Source of the DNA: Streptococcus mitis
GTDB taxonomy: Bacteria; Bacillota; Bacilli; Lactobacillales; Streptococcaceae
NCBI RefSeq assembly: GCF_946188615.1
Contig: NZ_CAMHVK010000002.1
Span: 175,616-215,615 of the forward strand
Direction of reading: 5' to 3'
Length of the DNA stretch: 40,000 bases
Shown: positions 16,739 through 24,609 of the stretch, piece after piece
Layout: every line of letters starts with the position of its first letter
How positions within the stretch are numbered: the stretch's first letter is position 1
Translations under genes and position numbers: made by a program
Notes under the pieces: generated by a model
Seen by the model: only the letters and a program-made list of their open reading frames with translations
The model's database searches: none
What the model was told of the DNA's origin: nothing

Positions 16739-18491
16739 TTTCCAACACCTCCAAACCATAAACAAGTAAGCCGTCTTCTGTCTCCTTTTTTGAAACAACA
16801 TTGTATTTCAAGTTGGGTTTCATCAGATATTCTTTTTCAGGGTTAAAGTCAGATAGTTCAGCAATATAAGCGCCTGTTTTTTGTCCTTTTCTAACAGTGA
16901 CTTCAAACAGAATATCTGCACCTTCGCCATCTATCGCAAACTCTCTAGCGTAATTCTTATCTAAACTAAAGGAAGTAAATGACTTGTCCAAAGTAAGTTT
17001 TTGACCAACTTCTAAATTCATATATCCTAAATCTTCCCCTAAAGCTGAAACAGAACCAGTACCTCTATACGCTTTAAACGATTTCTCGGGAGCAAAATCT
17101 GACAAAGCTTTTTCAAGGAAAGGAATTTTAGTTTTTGCTTCTCTAACTCGTTTCAAAGCAAGATCTAAATCGGCTTCACCGTGTTCTTCTAGCCAAAATT
17201 CTTCACTAAGTTTAAACGCTTTATCAATTCCAAAGCGTTTAATATTATTAAAATTGTGGTAATCACTTCCAGTGTAAGTGTAAATAGCATTCTTTTCTTC
17301 CTCTGTAAGCTCATTATACCACTTTTGATAAGACTTTTGTTTCTTAAAGAAGTCGTCTATTTCATTTGGTTTATCAGCTACAAAAACCTTGTCAGCCACT
17401 TCTGGCTTAGATTCCTTAACACCTCTAAGAACCGCTTCCCCTTCACGCTCCCATCCTGCAAAGATTTCGTCCAGAGAACGTTGCTCAGTGGCTAGTTTTA
17501 CTGAGCCGTCGTTTTGCAAGATATTGAAGTAAGGACTAGGTTTATCAGACTTAACTACAGGCCTGATAGTAGAACGGCAACGGACATGGAATGGAGGTGC
17601 GGTTCGACCTGGTTCATATTCCTTAACAGAATGAACCTCGTGATTTTCTAATCTGCAAATCTCACTTGTACGACTGTCTAATACCGCTACGATTTCGTAG
17701 TGGTCACCTCCCAACTCCTTGATAGTATCTAGCGTCGCAAGGTTATTATAAAAGGTCGTCTCAGTCCTAACAAGCGTATCTGCTCGATGATAGGCGACCC
17801 CTGTACGTTCAGAAAGAGCCCTAGCCATTCTATCAATAGACCAGCCACCTGTTAGGCCTTTATTGATTGTATCACTGATAGATTTATAAACAGCTGCATC
17901 ATGCCCCCATACATTCGTTGAGAAGGTTTTACCACTCCAGTTACTAGCCATCTTATGCTTAACTGCATCTACACCTAATATTGGTTTCTCTATGATTCCA
18001 AAATGTGCCAAGTTCTTAGCTTGATGGATTTTACCCTTGATGTAGACGTCACTCAGAGCCTCTGTGACCTTGTCATGTATGCCCTCTGGCTTTCCGTATA
18101 GCTCAGCTGTTAGACGCTCAATTTCGGCAAGCAAAGCCTCCTTGCGACTAATACGATGGCGATAACCCAAGGCGTCCAACAGAGGTGTCGGTGTGTCAGG
18201 ATTTAAGGCCATCTCACGGAATCTTTCAAGAGTTACATTCTTAAACTCTCTACGCTCTTTATCTGTCAGATATTGCTTGGCCTCTGCATGGGTCATTTTA
18301 TTATCAACTGCATACTTGGCATAGAACTTCTCAATCTCAGAAACCAGCTGGTGTTTATAATCTGCTAAGGATTGACCAATCTGGGCCATATACCTATCAG
18401 CAACTATCTGAGCGTTTTGTTCTTGTTGTAAAGCTCGCTCAGTCCAATACTCATCTATCTTTTTCTTGTTCTCGGTCGTCATGATCTTCAT
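16728..18491 (-). CDS. Head morphogenesis protein (Mu F / SPP1 gp7 family) fused to a C-terminal ADP-ribosyltransferase toxin domain
   Basis: N-terminal MuF signature LDSRTSEICRLENHEV...PPFHVRCRSTI. C-terminal ordered ART motifs YTYTGSDYHNFN, AYRGTG, FTSFSL, PEKEYLM (R-S-E type). Confidence 0.8.
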   Translation of the reverse strand: MKIMTTENKKKIDEYWTERALQQEQNAQIVADRYMAQIGQSLADYKHQLVSEIEKFYAKYAVDNKMTHAEAKQYLTDKERREFKNVTLERFREMALNPDTPTPLLDALGYRHRISRKEALLAEIERLTAELYGKPEGIHDKVTEALSDVYIKGKIHQAKNLAHFGIIEKPILGVDAVKHKMASNWSGKTFSTNVWGHDAAVYKSISDTINKGLTGGWSIDRMARALSERTGVAYHRADTLVRTETTFYNNLATLDTIKELGGDHYEIVAVLDSRTSEICRLENHEVHSVKEYEPGRTAPPFHVRCRSTIRPVVKSDKPSPYFNILQNDGSVKLATEQRSLDEIFAGWEREGEAVLRGVKESKPEVADKVFVADKPNEIDDFFKKQKSYQKWYNELTEEEKNAIYTYTGSDYHNFNNIKRFGIDKAFKLSEEFWLEEHGEADLDLALKRVREAKTKIPFLEKALSDFAPEKSFKAYRGTGSVSALGEDLGYMNLEVGQKLTLDKSFTSFSLDKNYAREFAIDGEGADILFEVTVRKGQKTGAYIAELSDFNPEKEYLMKPNLKYNVVSKKETEDGLLVYGLEVLENGS

Positions 18492-19878
18492 CTACCTTTT
18501 TGAAATTAGTTTCAGAGTATGGATCTTGTCCTTGTTCCTGTTGTTCTTTCAATCGTTCCTCAATTTGGGGTTGATACCATGGATGTTGTTCACGAATGCT
18601 TAGATCGTCTAAGATACCGATTGAGTTTACACAATCTTGAATAGCTTCAGACTCATTTGAAATGATGTCACGGTTAAATACATAAGTAAATTTAGATGAA
18701 TCAAACGCTACTCCTTTGTTAGCTGCATACTGTTCTACGAACCAAAGGAATTGCTTGATACCTTTTTGGAACTCATTTTCTAGCTCGTTACAGTCCAAAT
18801 CAAGATCTGTATAGCGCCATTTAAGAGCCTGACCGCTGGCATTACCTAGATTGTCATCTTGGGTATCAATGGCTCGTGCAGCCTCATACAAGAACTTACG
18901 AGAGCGTTCAATATCTGCTTCAACTCCGCTAGTATCATTGTCTGCTTGTAGGGTATCTACACCACCATCACTAGAAACCTTGATAGAGCGGAACTTATTC
19001 AGATTATTCATGAACTCGCCCAAGTCTGCGCCCTGATAGTTTTTTAAAACATAAATCAACTTCGGCATATCTGCCAGCATATCAGCATTAGTAGACATTT
19101 GAAGTTGAATATTATCAATCAGAGACTTGGTTTGGACTAAAAGACCGTCCTCATACTCGTTGTAGCGGAATGGAATCAGAGGCACTTTCTCCCAAGTATA
19201 AGGGATTCGTGTACCGTCTGCGTTGACATAATAAAAATTCCCCTTAGTCTCCTTGGATAGTGGGTTGAGTTCGAGGTGTGAACCTGTCCAGATATAATCT
19301 GTAATTCCTTGCTCATCGTAGTATTCTACAAAGGTTTTAGTCTTCTTTACTCCGCTTTCGTAGACCGCTTGATTATAGACACGCACAAAGGCTGATAATT
19401 CCAAATGACGCTCGTCTTTCCAAAAAGGGATAATCTGTTCGCTCGGGATTTTAAACAGGCGTAGACGGCCGTTCTCATCGTAATAAGGCAAGCCATAAGC
19501 TATCCCTTTCATCACTGCTTCCTTACCGAGTGACTTAATCGTAGATAAAAGGTCCTCGTCAAACACACTATCTAAAAAGTCTTGTGATTTTTCTCCTTCA
19601 AGCGAGATTGTCGGCTGCTTAGAAAACAAATACCCGACCTTCTGGTCTACCAACTTCTTAAACAAACCCAATTCAATCCTTGAGTTCGTCCGCCAGTCAA
19701 CATCTACTTTCTTATTTCGAATATCCGTGCGATTTCGATAGTAGTTGTAAGCTTCTTTCATTGTGCTTACTTTCTCAGAATTCTGGTGTTCTCTTATCTC
19801 AATCTCTAGTATTTCGTTTTGGGTTGTATTCTTAATCAACAACCGCCTGATTAACCATTTAAACCAATTACTCAACAT
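18451..19878 (-). CDS. Portal protein (SPP1 gp6-like)
   Basis: 475 aa, located between terL and the MuF gene. RBS GGAGAAGGAG. Confidence 0.85.
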   Translation of the reverse strand: MLSNWFKWLIRRLLIKNTTQNEILEIEIREHQNSEKVSTMKEAYNYYRNRTDIRNKKVDVDWRTNSRIELGLFKKLVDQKVGYLFSKQPTISLEGEKSQDFLDSVFDEDLLSTIKSLGKEAVMKGIAYGLPYYDENGRLRLFKIPSEQIIPFWKDERHLELSAFVRVYNQAVYESGVKKTKTFVEYYDEQGITDYIWTGSHLELNPLSKETKGNFYYVNADGTRIPYTWEKVPLIPFRYNEYEDGLLVQTKSLIDNIQLQMSTNADMLADMPKLIYVLKNYQGADLGEFMNNLNKFRSIKVSSDGGVDTLQADNDTSGVEADIERSRKFLYEAARAIDTQDDNLGNASGQALKWRYTDLDLDCNELENEFQKGIKQFLWFVEQYAANKGVAFDSSKFTYVFNRDIISNESEAIQDCVNSIGILDDLSIREQHPWYQPQIEERLKEQQEQGQDPYSETNFKKVDEDHDDREQEKDR

Positions 19879-19889
19879 TTCTCCTTCTC

Positions 19890-21146
19890 CTACCAGAATG
19901 ATATTCCTGGCTGTCTCATATCGTCTTCAAACGCATATCTTGTAGCGTCGATTGTGTGGTCGTTTACTTCTTCTAGCTTGGGTTTGGGATTTCCATCACG
20001 GTCAACTGCATAGTCGGCACTTTCGAACTCTCTTGCGATATTCGGTGTGCGCTCTGGATCTATCACAATGGCATCCAAATCATCCAACCAGCGCTCTCCA
20101 TACTCCCTACTGTCAGGACCTTTCTTAGCACCTTGAACAAGCGGAATATTCAGCTGCAGTTTTAACTCATCAATCGACTTAGGTTCTGCGCTATCACAGG
20201 TTATCATCTGAGATTGATAGCCTTTCTCACGGATTCTTTCAGCCAATTCACGGTTGCTAATCTTCACGCCATAAATCTCATCAATAGCATAGATAACACG
20301 TTTCTTCTTGTCGTAATGCCATCTTACAAAGGCCAGAGGGTCATTAGCATAACCGAAGTCGTTGCCTTGCCGAATGTTATCGAACCTTGCTATCTCCTCA
20401 TCTGTAATCTTGCGGAATACCAGATTTTCAAACGGTGCTACACCAGAACCGATAGCCTCACCCAGATACTCCCAACGGTAACGCTTCTCTGAACGTTCTC
20501 TCGTGGCCTCTGCTTCTTCTATGAATGCTTGGGATATATATGGGTTATCTAAGTAAGTCGAATGGTGTACGTGGGTGTTAGGAGGCTGTATGACACTCTC
20601 ATACTTCTTATTCACCCAAGACTGTTTTCTTTTTGGAGGATTGTAAGAGTAAAAGAATTTATAAAAAAGACCATCATCCAATTCTCCACGAAGAAGGGAG
20701 TTGGTGATTGTCTTTACTTCATCTTCAGTTTTGAACTCAGCAAGCTCTTCAATCCAACCGATTGCGAATGGAAAACGGCTGTCTTTCAAGGACTTAATAC
20801 GCTCTGGATCTTGTGCACCACGGAAGATAATATAATTTCCTCTTGGGATATAGGTTATCTTCAAAGGGGACTTATTAATCTTAAATAAATGACTAACCCC
20901 TTGCTCACTAATCGCCCATTTCAATTGCTCATAGACCGATTGTTCTAAGGTATTATCCGTCTTACGAATACACACGGCATTGACTGGATAGCGCATAATC
21001 AGTTGAATGATAGTGTGTCCGAGGTCGCTTGACTTACCAGAACCACGCCCACCCTTTTCAACTACATGTAAGATTTTAGGGTCGAATGCTGCACGCCACA
21101 TAGAGTAAAAAGCCTTTGGGATAAACTCACTCATTCTACGCTTCAT
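19890..21146 (-). CDS. terL: Terminase large subunit (PBSX-type)
   Basis: 418 aa. Walker A GGRGSGKS near the N-terminus. C-terminal nuclease-like acidic motifs. Overlaps terS. Confidence 0.9.
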   Translation of the reverse strand: MKRRMSEFIPKAFYSMWRAAFDPKILHVVEKGGRGSGKSSDLGHTIIQLIMRYPVNAVCIRKTDNTLEQSVYEQLKWAISEQGVSHLFKINKSPLKITYIPRGNYIIFRGAQDPERIKSLKDSRFPFAIGWIEELAEFKTEDEVKTITNSLLRGELDDGLFYKFFYSYNPPKRKQSWVNKKYESVIQPPNTHVHHSTYLDNPYISQAFIEEAEATRERSEKRYRWEYLGEAIGSGVAPFENLVFRKITDEEIARFDNIRQGNDFGYANDPLAFVRWHYDKKKRVIYAIDEIYGVKISNRELAERIREKGYQSQMITCDSAEPKSIDELKLQLNIPLVQGAKKGPDSREYGERWLDDLDAIVIDPERTPNIAREFESADYAVDRDGNPKPKLEEVNDHTIDATRYAFEDDMRQPGISFW

Positions 21147-21582
21147 CGCTAACTCCTATATCATCAACGAATTGAACAGCCGAAGACATCTCGATTTCTT
21201 TTCTCTCTAAATACGCACCATTTACTTTGAATATATGATCTAGGGAACGTTGTCTTTCTTCAATTGTCGGAGTAAATTCATAAGTCGTTTCAAATACTTC
21301 AACACCTTCAGCAGTCTTTACAGTTTTCTTAGAATATCCTTGTTGAGTTTCCCCTCTAGCGATACTAGCAGAGATTGCCAAGGCTTCTGCGATTGACATT
21401 GAACGTTCGTCAAAAAGTTCTTCTGTACGTTTTTTAATGTATTCAGAAATGTCAACTTTTGTCAACAATCTTTGTCCTATAGACCTCGCTGTTTTATCAG
21501 AATACCCTGCTTTTATTGCAGATTGTGTTGCATTTCTACTGATGATGTACTCATCAGCGAAATGTTTCTGTTTATCGTTCAT
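21136..21582 (-). CDS. terS: Terminase small subunit
   Basis: 148 aa. N-terminus MNDKQKHFADEYIISRNATQSAIKAGYSDKTA is typical of Terminase_2 small subunits. Confidence 0.85.
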   Translation of the reverse strand: MNDKQKHFADEYIISRNATQSAIKAGYSDKTARSIGQRLLTKVDISEYIKKRTEELFDERSMSIAEALAISASIARGETQQGYSKKTVKTAEGVEVFETTYEFTPTIEERQRSLDHIFKVNGAYLERKEIEMSSAVQFVDDIGVSDEA

Positions 21583-21608
21583 TTTCCATCACCACTTTTT
21601 TTTTAATC

Positions 21609-21632
21609 AAAAAAGCCACACGATGTGTGACC
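21609..21632 (-). terminator. Intrinsic terminator about 27 nt upstream of the terS RBS
   Basis: Minus strand GGUCACAC-AUC-GUGUGGC (5 Watson-Crick pairs plus G-U/G-C extension) followed by U6. Confidence 0.6.
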
Positions 21633-21668
21633 TTTTCAAGACCTCTCACTGCGAATTAAAACCGCAAT

Positions 21669-21692
21669 TGGAACGACAGGATTCGAACCTGT
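21669..21692 (-). other. Orphan tRNA-type T-arm plus 3' acceptor-like strand (not a complete tRNA)
   Basis: Minus strand ACAGG-UUCGAAU-CCUGU then CGUUCCA. No complementary 5' acceptor strand or anticodon arm upstream. Confidence 0.4.
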
Positions 21693-22424
21693 GACGTCAT
21701 CCGTCTACCATATATCCATTAACCAGCATGAGACTACTGCTTTAAACGAGTGACTTTTGATAACTTATGGTTTATTATCTTGTCCACAAATATTCCTACT
21801 TGTATCACCCATGCACGATTGGTTAGACCAATCACTCCTTACATCGCAAACTACTAAGCCATTTTTCAATTAACGAAGACTCCGCTAAAAGTCTAAGCTG
21901 CTTTACTCTTTGACTTTACTCTCATCCTTGCGAGACTTGAGCAGGCAATCTAATTGCCGAAGTACACTTTCGTTTGTGACGGGCGATGACTTTTGCTTTT
22001 TTGAGTTTTTTCTATCTTGAATAGCCTTAAAATATAAAAATCATCTTTCATCTATCACAGACACGCATCGCCATGTGTTTCATTCTCTTTTGAAGAACAA
22101 AATGCACAGCGCCTGCTTGTTATCGATTGTTTTGCGGACAATCAACTCACCTTACATACTTTTGGGAGGCGCCCAATTTTTGTAAGATATGGTATTAAGC
22201 TCTTGTTGCACCTCGAACCAAATACCTCTTTCCTCTTATAGACTCGTCTCACAGCCAAACTGCCACGTTTGCATTTCCTCAGCACCTTGCCGTTGGAATC
22301 TTTCTGTTTTAACTTCGCCCACCTATTCCAAAACTGAAATAGTTAAGATTAAATTGCTTAGATCGACCATTACTGGCAGGATGTTTGATAGATTTAAAAA
22401 CATCCTTTTCCTGAGTTACCACAG

Positions 22425-22453
22425 ATTATCTAGGCTAAGCCCTAAAAATGCAA
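22425..22453 (-). promoter_or_regulatory. SigmaA-type promoter pointing leftward into the ORF-free region
   Basis: Minus strand TTGCAT (22453-22448), 17-nt spacer, GATAAT (22430-22425). Confidence 0.5.
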
Positions 22454-22470
22454 GGCGACTACTACCTTGC
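22444..22470 (-). terminator. Intrinsic terminator after the 42-aa ORF
   Basis: Minus strand GCAAGG, 9-nt loop, CCUUGC followed by AUUUUU. Confidence 0.55.
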
Positions 22471-22487
22471 TTGTTAATTACGTTAGA

Positions 22488-22616
22488 TTATTTATAAACA
22501 ACAATATACGTCAGTTTATTATTAATCATTACAGGTTCTTTGATACACAACAATTCTTTTACAGTTTTCGCAAATTGTTTCGCATCTTCCAATTTATTAA
22601 ACATTGCTTGTTTCAT
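22488..22616 (-). CDS. Small hypothetical protein (42 aa)
   Basis: Below the track cutoff. ATG at 22616 lies 7 nt after GAGGTG. MKQAMFNKLEDAKQFAKTVKELLCIKEPVMINNKLTYIVVYK. It has its own terminator. Confidence 0.4.
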   Translation of the reverse strand: MKQAMFNKLEDAKQFAKTVKELLCIKEPVMINNKLTYIVVYK

Positions 22617-22648
22617 TTAAAACACCTCGTTGTGAAATACAGCATTAA

Positions 22649-22715
22649 CGGCGATGTCCGGACTCGAACCGAAAAAAATACATAGGAGATAAATCACTTT
22701 ACGCCTGTCACCGCC
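22649..22715 (-). other. tRNA-like element: acceptor stem plus T-arm, with no D-arm or recognisable anticodon arm
   Basis: The 5' GGCGGUG pairs with the 3' CAUCGCC (7 bp, one G-U). T-arm is UUCGG-UUCGAGU-CCGGA. Only 67 nt long, and the 35-nt middle section does not fold as a cloverleaf. Confidence 0.35.
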
Positions 22716-22735
22716 AAAACGAGGCCGAAGCCTCG
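22716..22735 (-). terminator. Intrinsic terminator ending the early/middle operon
   Basis: Minus strand CGAGGC-UUCG-GCCUCG followed by UUUU, 80 nt after the activator gene stop. Confidence 0.75.
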
Positions 22736-22816
22736 GAAATAAAATGAAAAATATAAGGAGTTATCAGTGCGCTTACCGCCTTCAGCTGATAATACTATTT
22801 TAGCAGATTAGAACTA

Positions 22817-23242
22817 TCATTTACTATCGTTATTATCAAACATTTTAGACATTTTAGCTAACGCTCTACCTCTTGTTCTTTGGATAGTTGCTGGGCTACA
22901 TCTTAATTTTCGTTCGACTTCATTCCACGTTAGGCCATTGATATAAAGCAACCTCATCACAATGTTTTCAAACGGATCATCAAGAGATTCAATCGCTTGA
23001 ATCATCTCGTCACGTTCACGATAAATCGACCTAATTTCCTCGTACAACTGTTCTGACTGGTCGATAATCGATACATTCAAATCTTCAGTCTTATTCTTGT
23101 TATCTCTAGCTTTAGGCATCGAATCAAACGTCTGCCCTCGTAAGATACTAGAACGCAAACTAATCAATTCTTGATGTTTCGACTTAGCTTTTATATCGAT
23201 ATATGGCAAAGCCTTCAACCTCTGTTTAATATCTACTGTCAA
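22817..23242 (-). CDS. Late-gene transcriptional activator (sigma-70 region-4-like; ArpU/RinA/DUF1492 class)
   Basis: 141 aa. TTG start after GAGGTG. C-terminal HTH LTWNEVERKLRCSPATIQRTRGRALAKM. It is the last gene before the packaging module. Confidence 0.65.
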   Translation of the reverse strand: MTVDIKQRLKALPYIDIKAKSKHQELISLRSSILRGQTFDSMPKARDNKNKTEDLNVSIIDQSEQLYEEIRSIYRERDEMIQAIESLDDPFENIVMRLLYINGLTWNEVERKLRCSPATIQRTRGRALAKMSKMFDNNDSK

Positions 23243-23628
23243 TCATACACCTCGATTCCAAAGAATTGACAAATGTCTTCTGCCTCACATTCAGAAATTT
23301 CCACGCCTCTCTCCCAGCTGCTTAGGATTGTTTCAGAATACCCCAAATGCTTTGCTAATTCTGTACGAGTAAGTCCTTGTTCCAAACGTTTTTCTTTCAA
23401 AAGCGCATTAAGATTTCCAATCTCACACTTCTTGAATAAAACATCTTTGTCCAATCCTAACTCTTTTGACAGACGTTCTTTCTGACGATCACTTGGTATC
23501 AGACCTCGTTCCCAATTTGAAAACGTCCTTGCACTAACACCAAATTTCTTTGAAGCTTTTCTTAAAGATAGACCTTTCCCAATTCGCCATAATCTAATCT
23601 GTTCTGAAAAAAATTTACTATTCTTCAT
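23239..23628 (-). CDS. DNA-binding protein with two XRE-type HTH domains
   Basis: Two repeats of the pattern LS/TR-ELA...S..T.S.WERG. ATG at 23628 (MKNSKF) follows GGAG. Confidence 0.7.
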   Translation of the reverse strand: MKNSKFFSEQIRLWRIGKGLSLRKASKKFGVSARTFSNWERGLIPSDRQKERLSKELGLDKDVLFKKCEIGNLNALLKEKRLEQGLTRTELAKHLGYSETILSSWERGVEISECEAEDICQFFGIEVYD

Positions 23629-23854
23629 GTTCCATCTCCTCAATCAGCCAGTCAAGGTTCTTTCTGGCTTTTTTTAGGTCTTCAAGCCCGTTTTTCTTCT
23701 GGAATCGCAGTTGATACTTCAAGGCATTTCCAAGATAAAAGCCTTTCAGCTGTTCTGGTGTCATGAAATTCCTTAAAGCATCGATAGATTCCATGCCAAA
23801 TCTGCCTTGGTAGTGACTTGGTTTATTTATATTGTCAATTATTTCTGGATCCAT
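23618..23854 (-). CDS. DUF3310-like phage protein
   Basis: PSHYQ...ESIDALRNF...GNALKYQLRFQKKNGLEDLKKA pattern. ATG at 23854 follows GGAGG. Confidence 0.6.
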   Translation of the reverse strand: MDPEIIDNINKPSHYQGRFGMESIDALRNFMTPEQLKGFYLGNALKYQLRFQKKNGLEDLKKARKNLDWLIEEMEHEE

Positions 23855-24195
23855 TTGATAGCCTCCAAAAGTTCTAAGATTATTCGATTCCATTCTTCTG
23901 TTGTTGTTTCTCTAAAATCAAACTGAGACATCATTTCAGCTTTTTTGAATAATGCCCTCTTAAAGAATGAAGCTTTTTTGGAAAAATCCATATCATCTGT
24001 TTTAAACTCAGTCGTAATTTTCTTTCCATAACCCTCTATCTCTACATGGACTCTTGTTTTTCCATATAGATGTAGAGGCTCAGCCCAAACACTTCCTTTC
24101 AAGTCTGATTCAACGACTTTTTTAAGCATTAACGATATCTTCTTAGCTTCACTCTCTTTTTTAGCACCACTGAAAGGGTATCTTTTTGGTCTCAT
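23839..24195 (-). CDS. Hypothetical phage protein
   Basis: 118-aa ORF, translationally coupled to its neighbours. No motif recognised. Confidence 0.55.
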   Translation of the reverse strand: MRPKRYPFSGAKKESEAKKISLMLKKVVESDLKGSVWAEPLHLYGKTRVHVEIEGYGKKITTEFKTDDMDFSKKASFFKRALFKKAEMMSQFDFRETTTEEWNRIILELLEAIKWIQK

Positions 24196-24587
24196 TTCTT
24201 ATCCTCCAAAAACTCTGGGTTCTCGTAGATGTTACCGATGATTTCACATTTCATGTAAGCTAAATAAAGAGGTTTCCATTCTGTTTTTCGATTTTGTAAC
24301 TCATCTACAAATCTGTAAATAAAACTTGCATAAGATCCATGCCATCTTACAAGCGCTTTTCTGCCTTTGTAATCAAGGATATCCCCCTCAAAGATTTCCT
24401 TGCCGTTCTTGTCTCTTAGTCCTGTTGATTGCATTAGATATTCATCGTCAATCGACCAGCCTTTTAAATTGTTACAGGTAAGCTTTTTACTATCGTTAGC
24501 ATAAACATTGTTATTCCAAATAAGCAATTCATCATTAGCAAACATCTTTTGACTATGTTTATCCCATGCTCTAAATTTTGGTAGCAT
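24192..24587 (-). CDS. YopX-family protein
   Basis: MLPKFRAWDK...TGLRDKNGKEIFEGDIL...IIGNIYENPEFLE are hallmark YopX motifs. Confidence 0.8.
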   Translation of the reverse strand: MLPKFRAWDKHSQKMFANDELLIWNNNVYANDSKKLTCNNLKGWSIDDEYLMQSTGLRDKNGKEIFEGDILDYKGRKALVRWHGSYASFIYRFVDELQNRKTEWKPLYLAYMKCEIIGNIYENPEFLEDKK

Positions 24588-24609
24588 GTTAAATTCTCCT
24601 TTTCATCTT

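Larger units (their letters stand above)
21609..22418 (-). ncRNA. Candidate large structured phage ncRNA of about 0.8 kb (GOLLD/ROOL-like or novel). A long late-operon leader is the alternative
   Basis: No minus-strand ORF of 60 aa or more. Bounded by a sigmaA-like promoter and an intrinsic terminator. Many GC-containing hairpins. tRNA-like elements lie adjacent. No covariance model could be run. Confidence 0.35.

Noticed and set aside
21661-21760. Possible complete tRNA gene on the minus strand (GGTTCGAATCC T-loop)
   Set aside because: Only the T-arm and a 3' acceptor-like strand are present. No complementary 5' acceptor strand (TGGAACG or G-U variants) lies within 120 nt upstream, and there is no anticodon arm. 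It is reported as a tRNA-like fragment instead.
22189-22685. Plus-strand track ORFs 22189..22497 (102 aa) and 22467..22685 (72 aa) in the ORF-poor region
   Set aside because: They are Cys/Ser/Leu-rich and not protein-like. They lack an RBS, use a non-ATG start in one case, run opposite to all local transcription signals, and overlap minus-strand terminators and the promoter.
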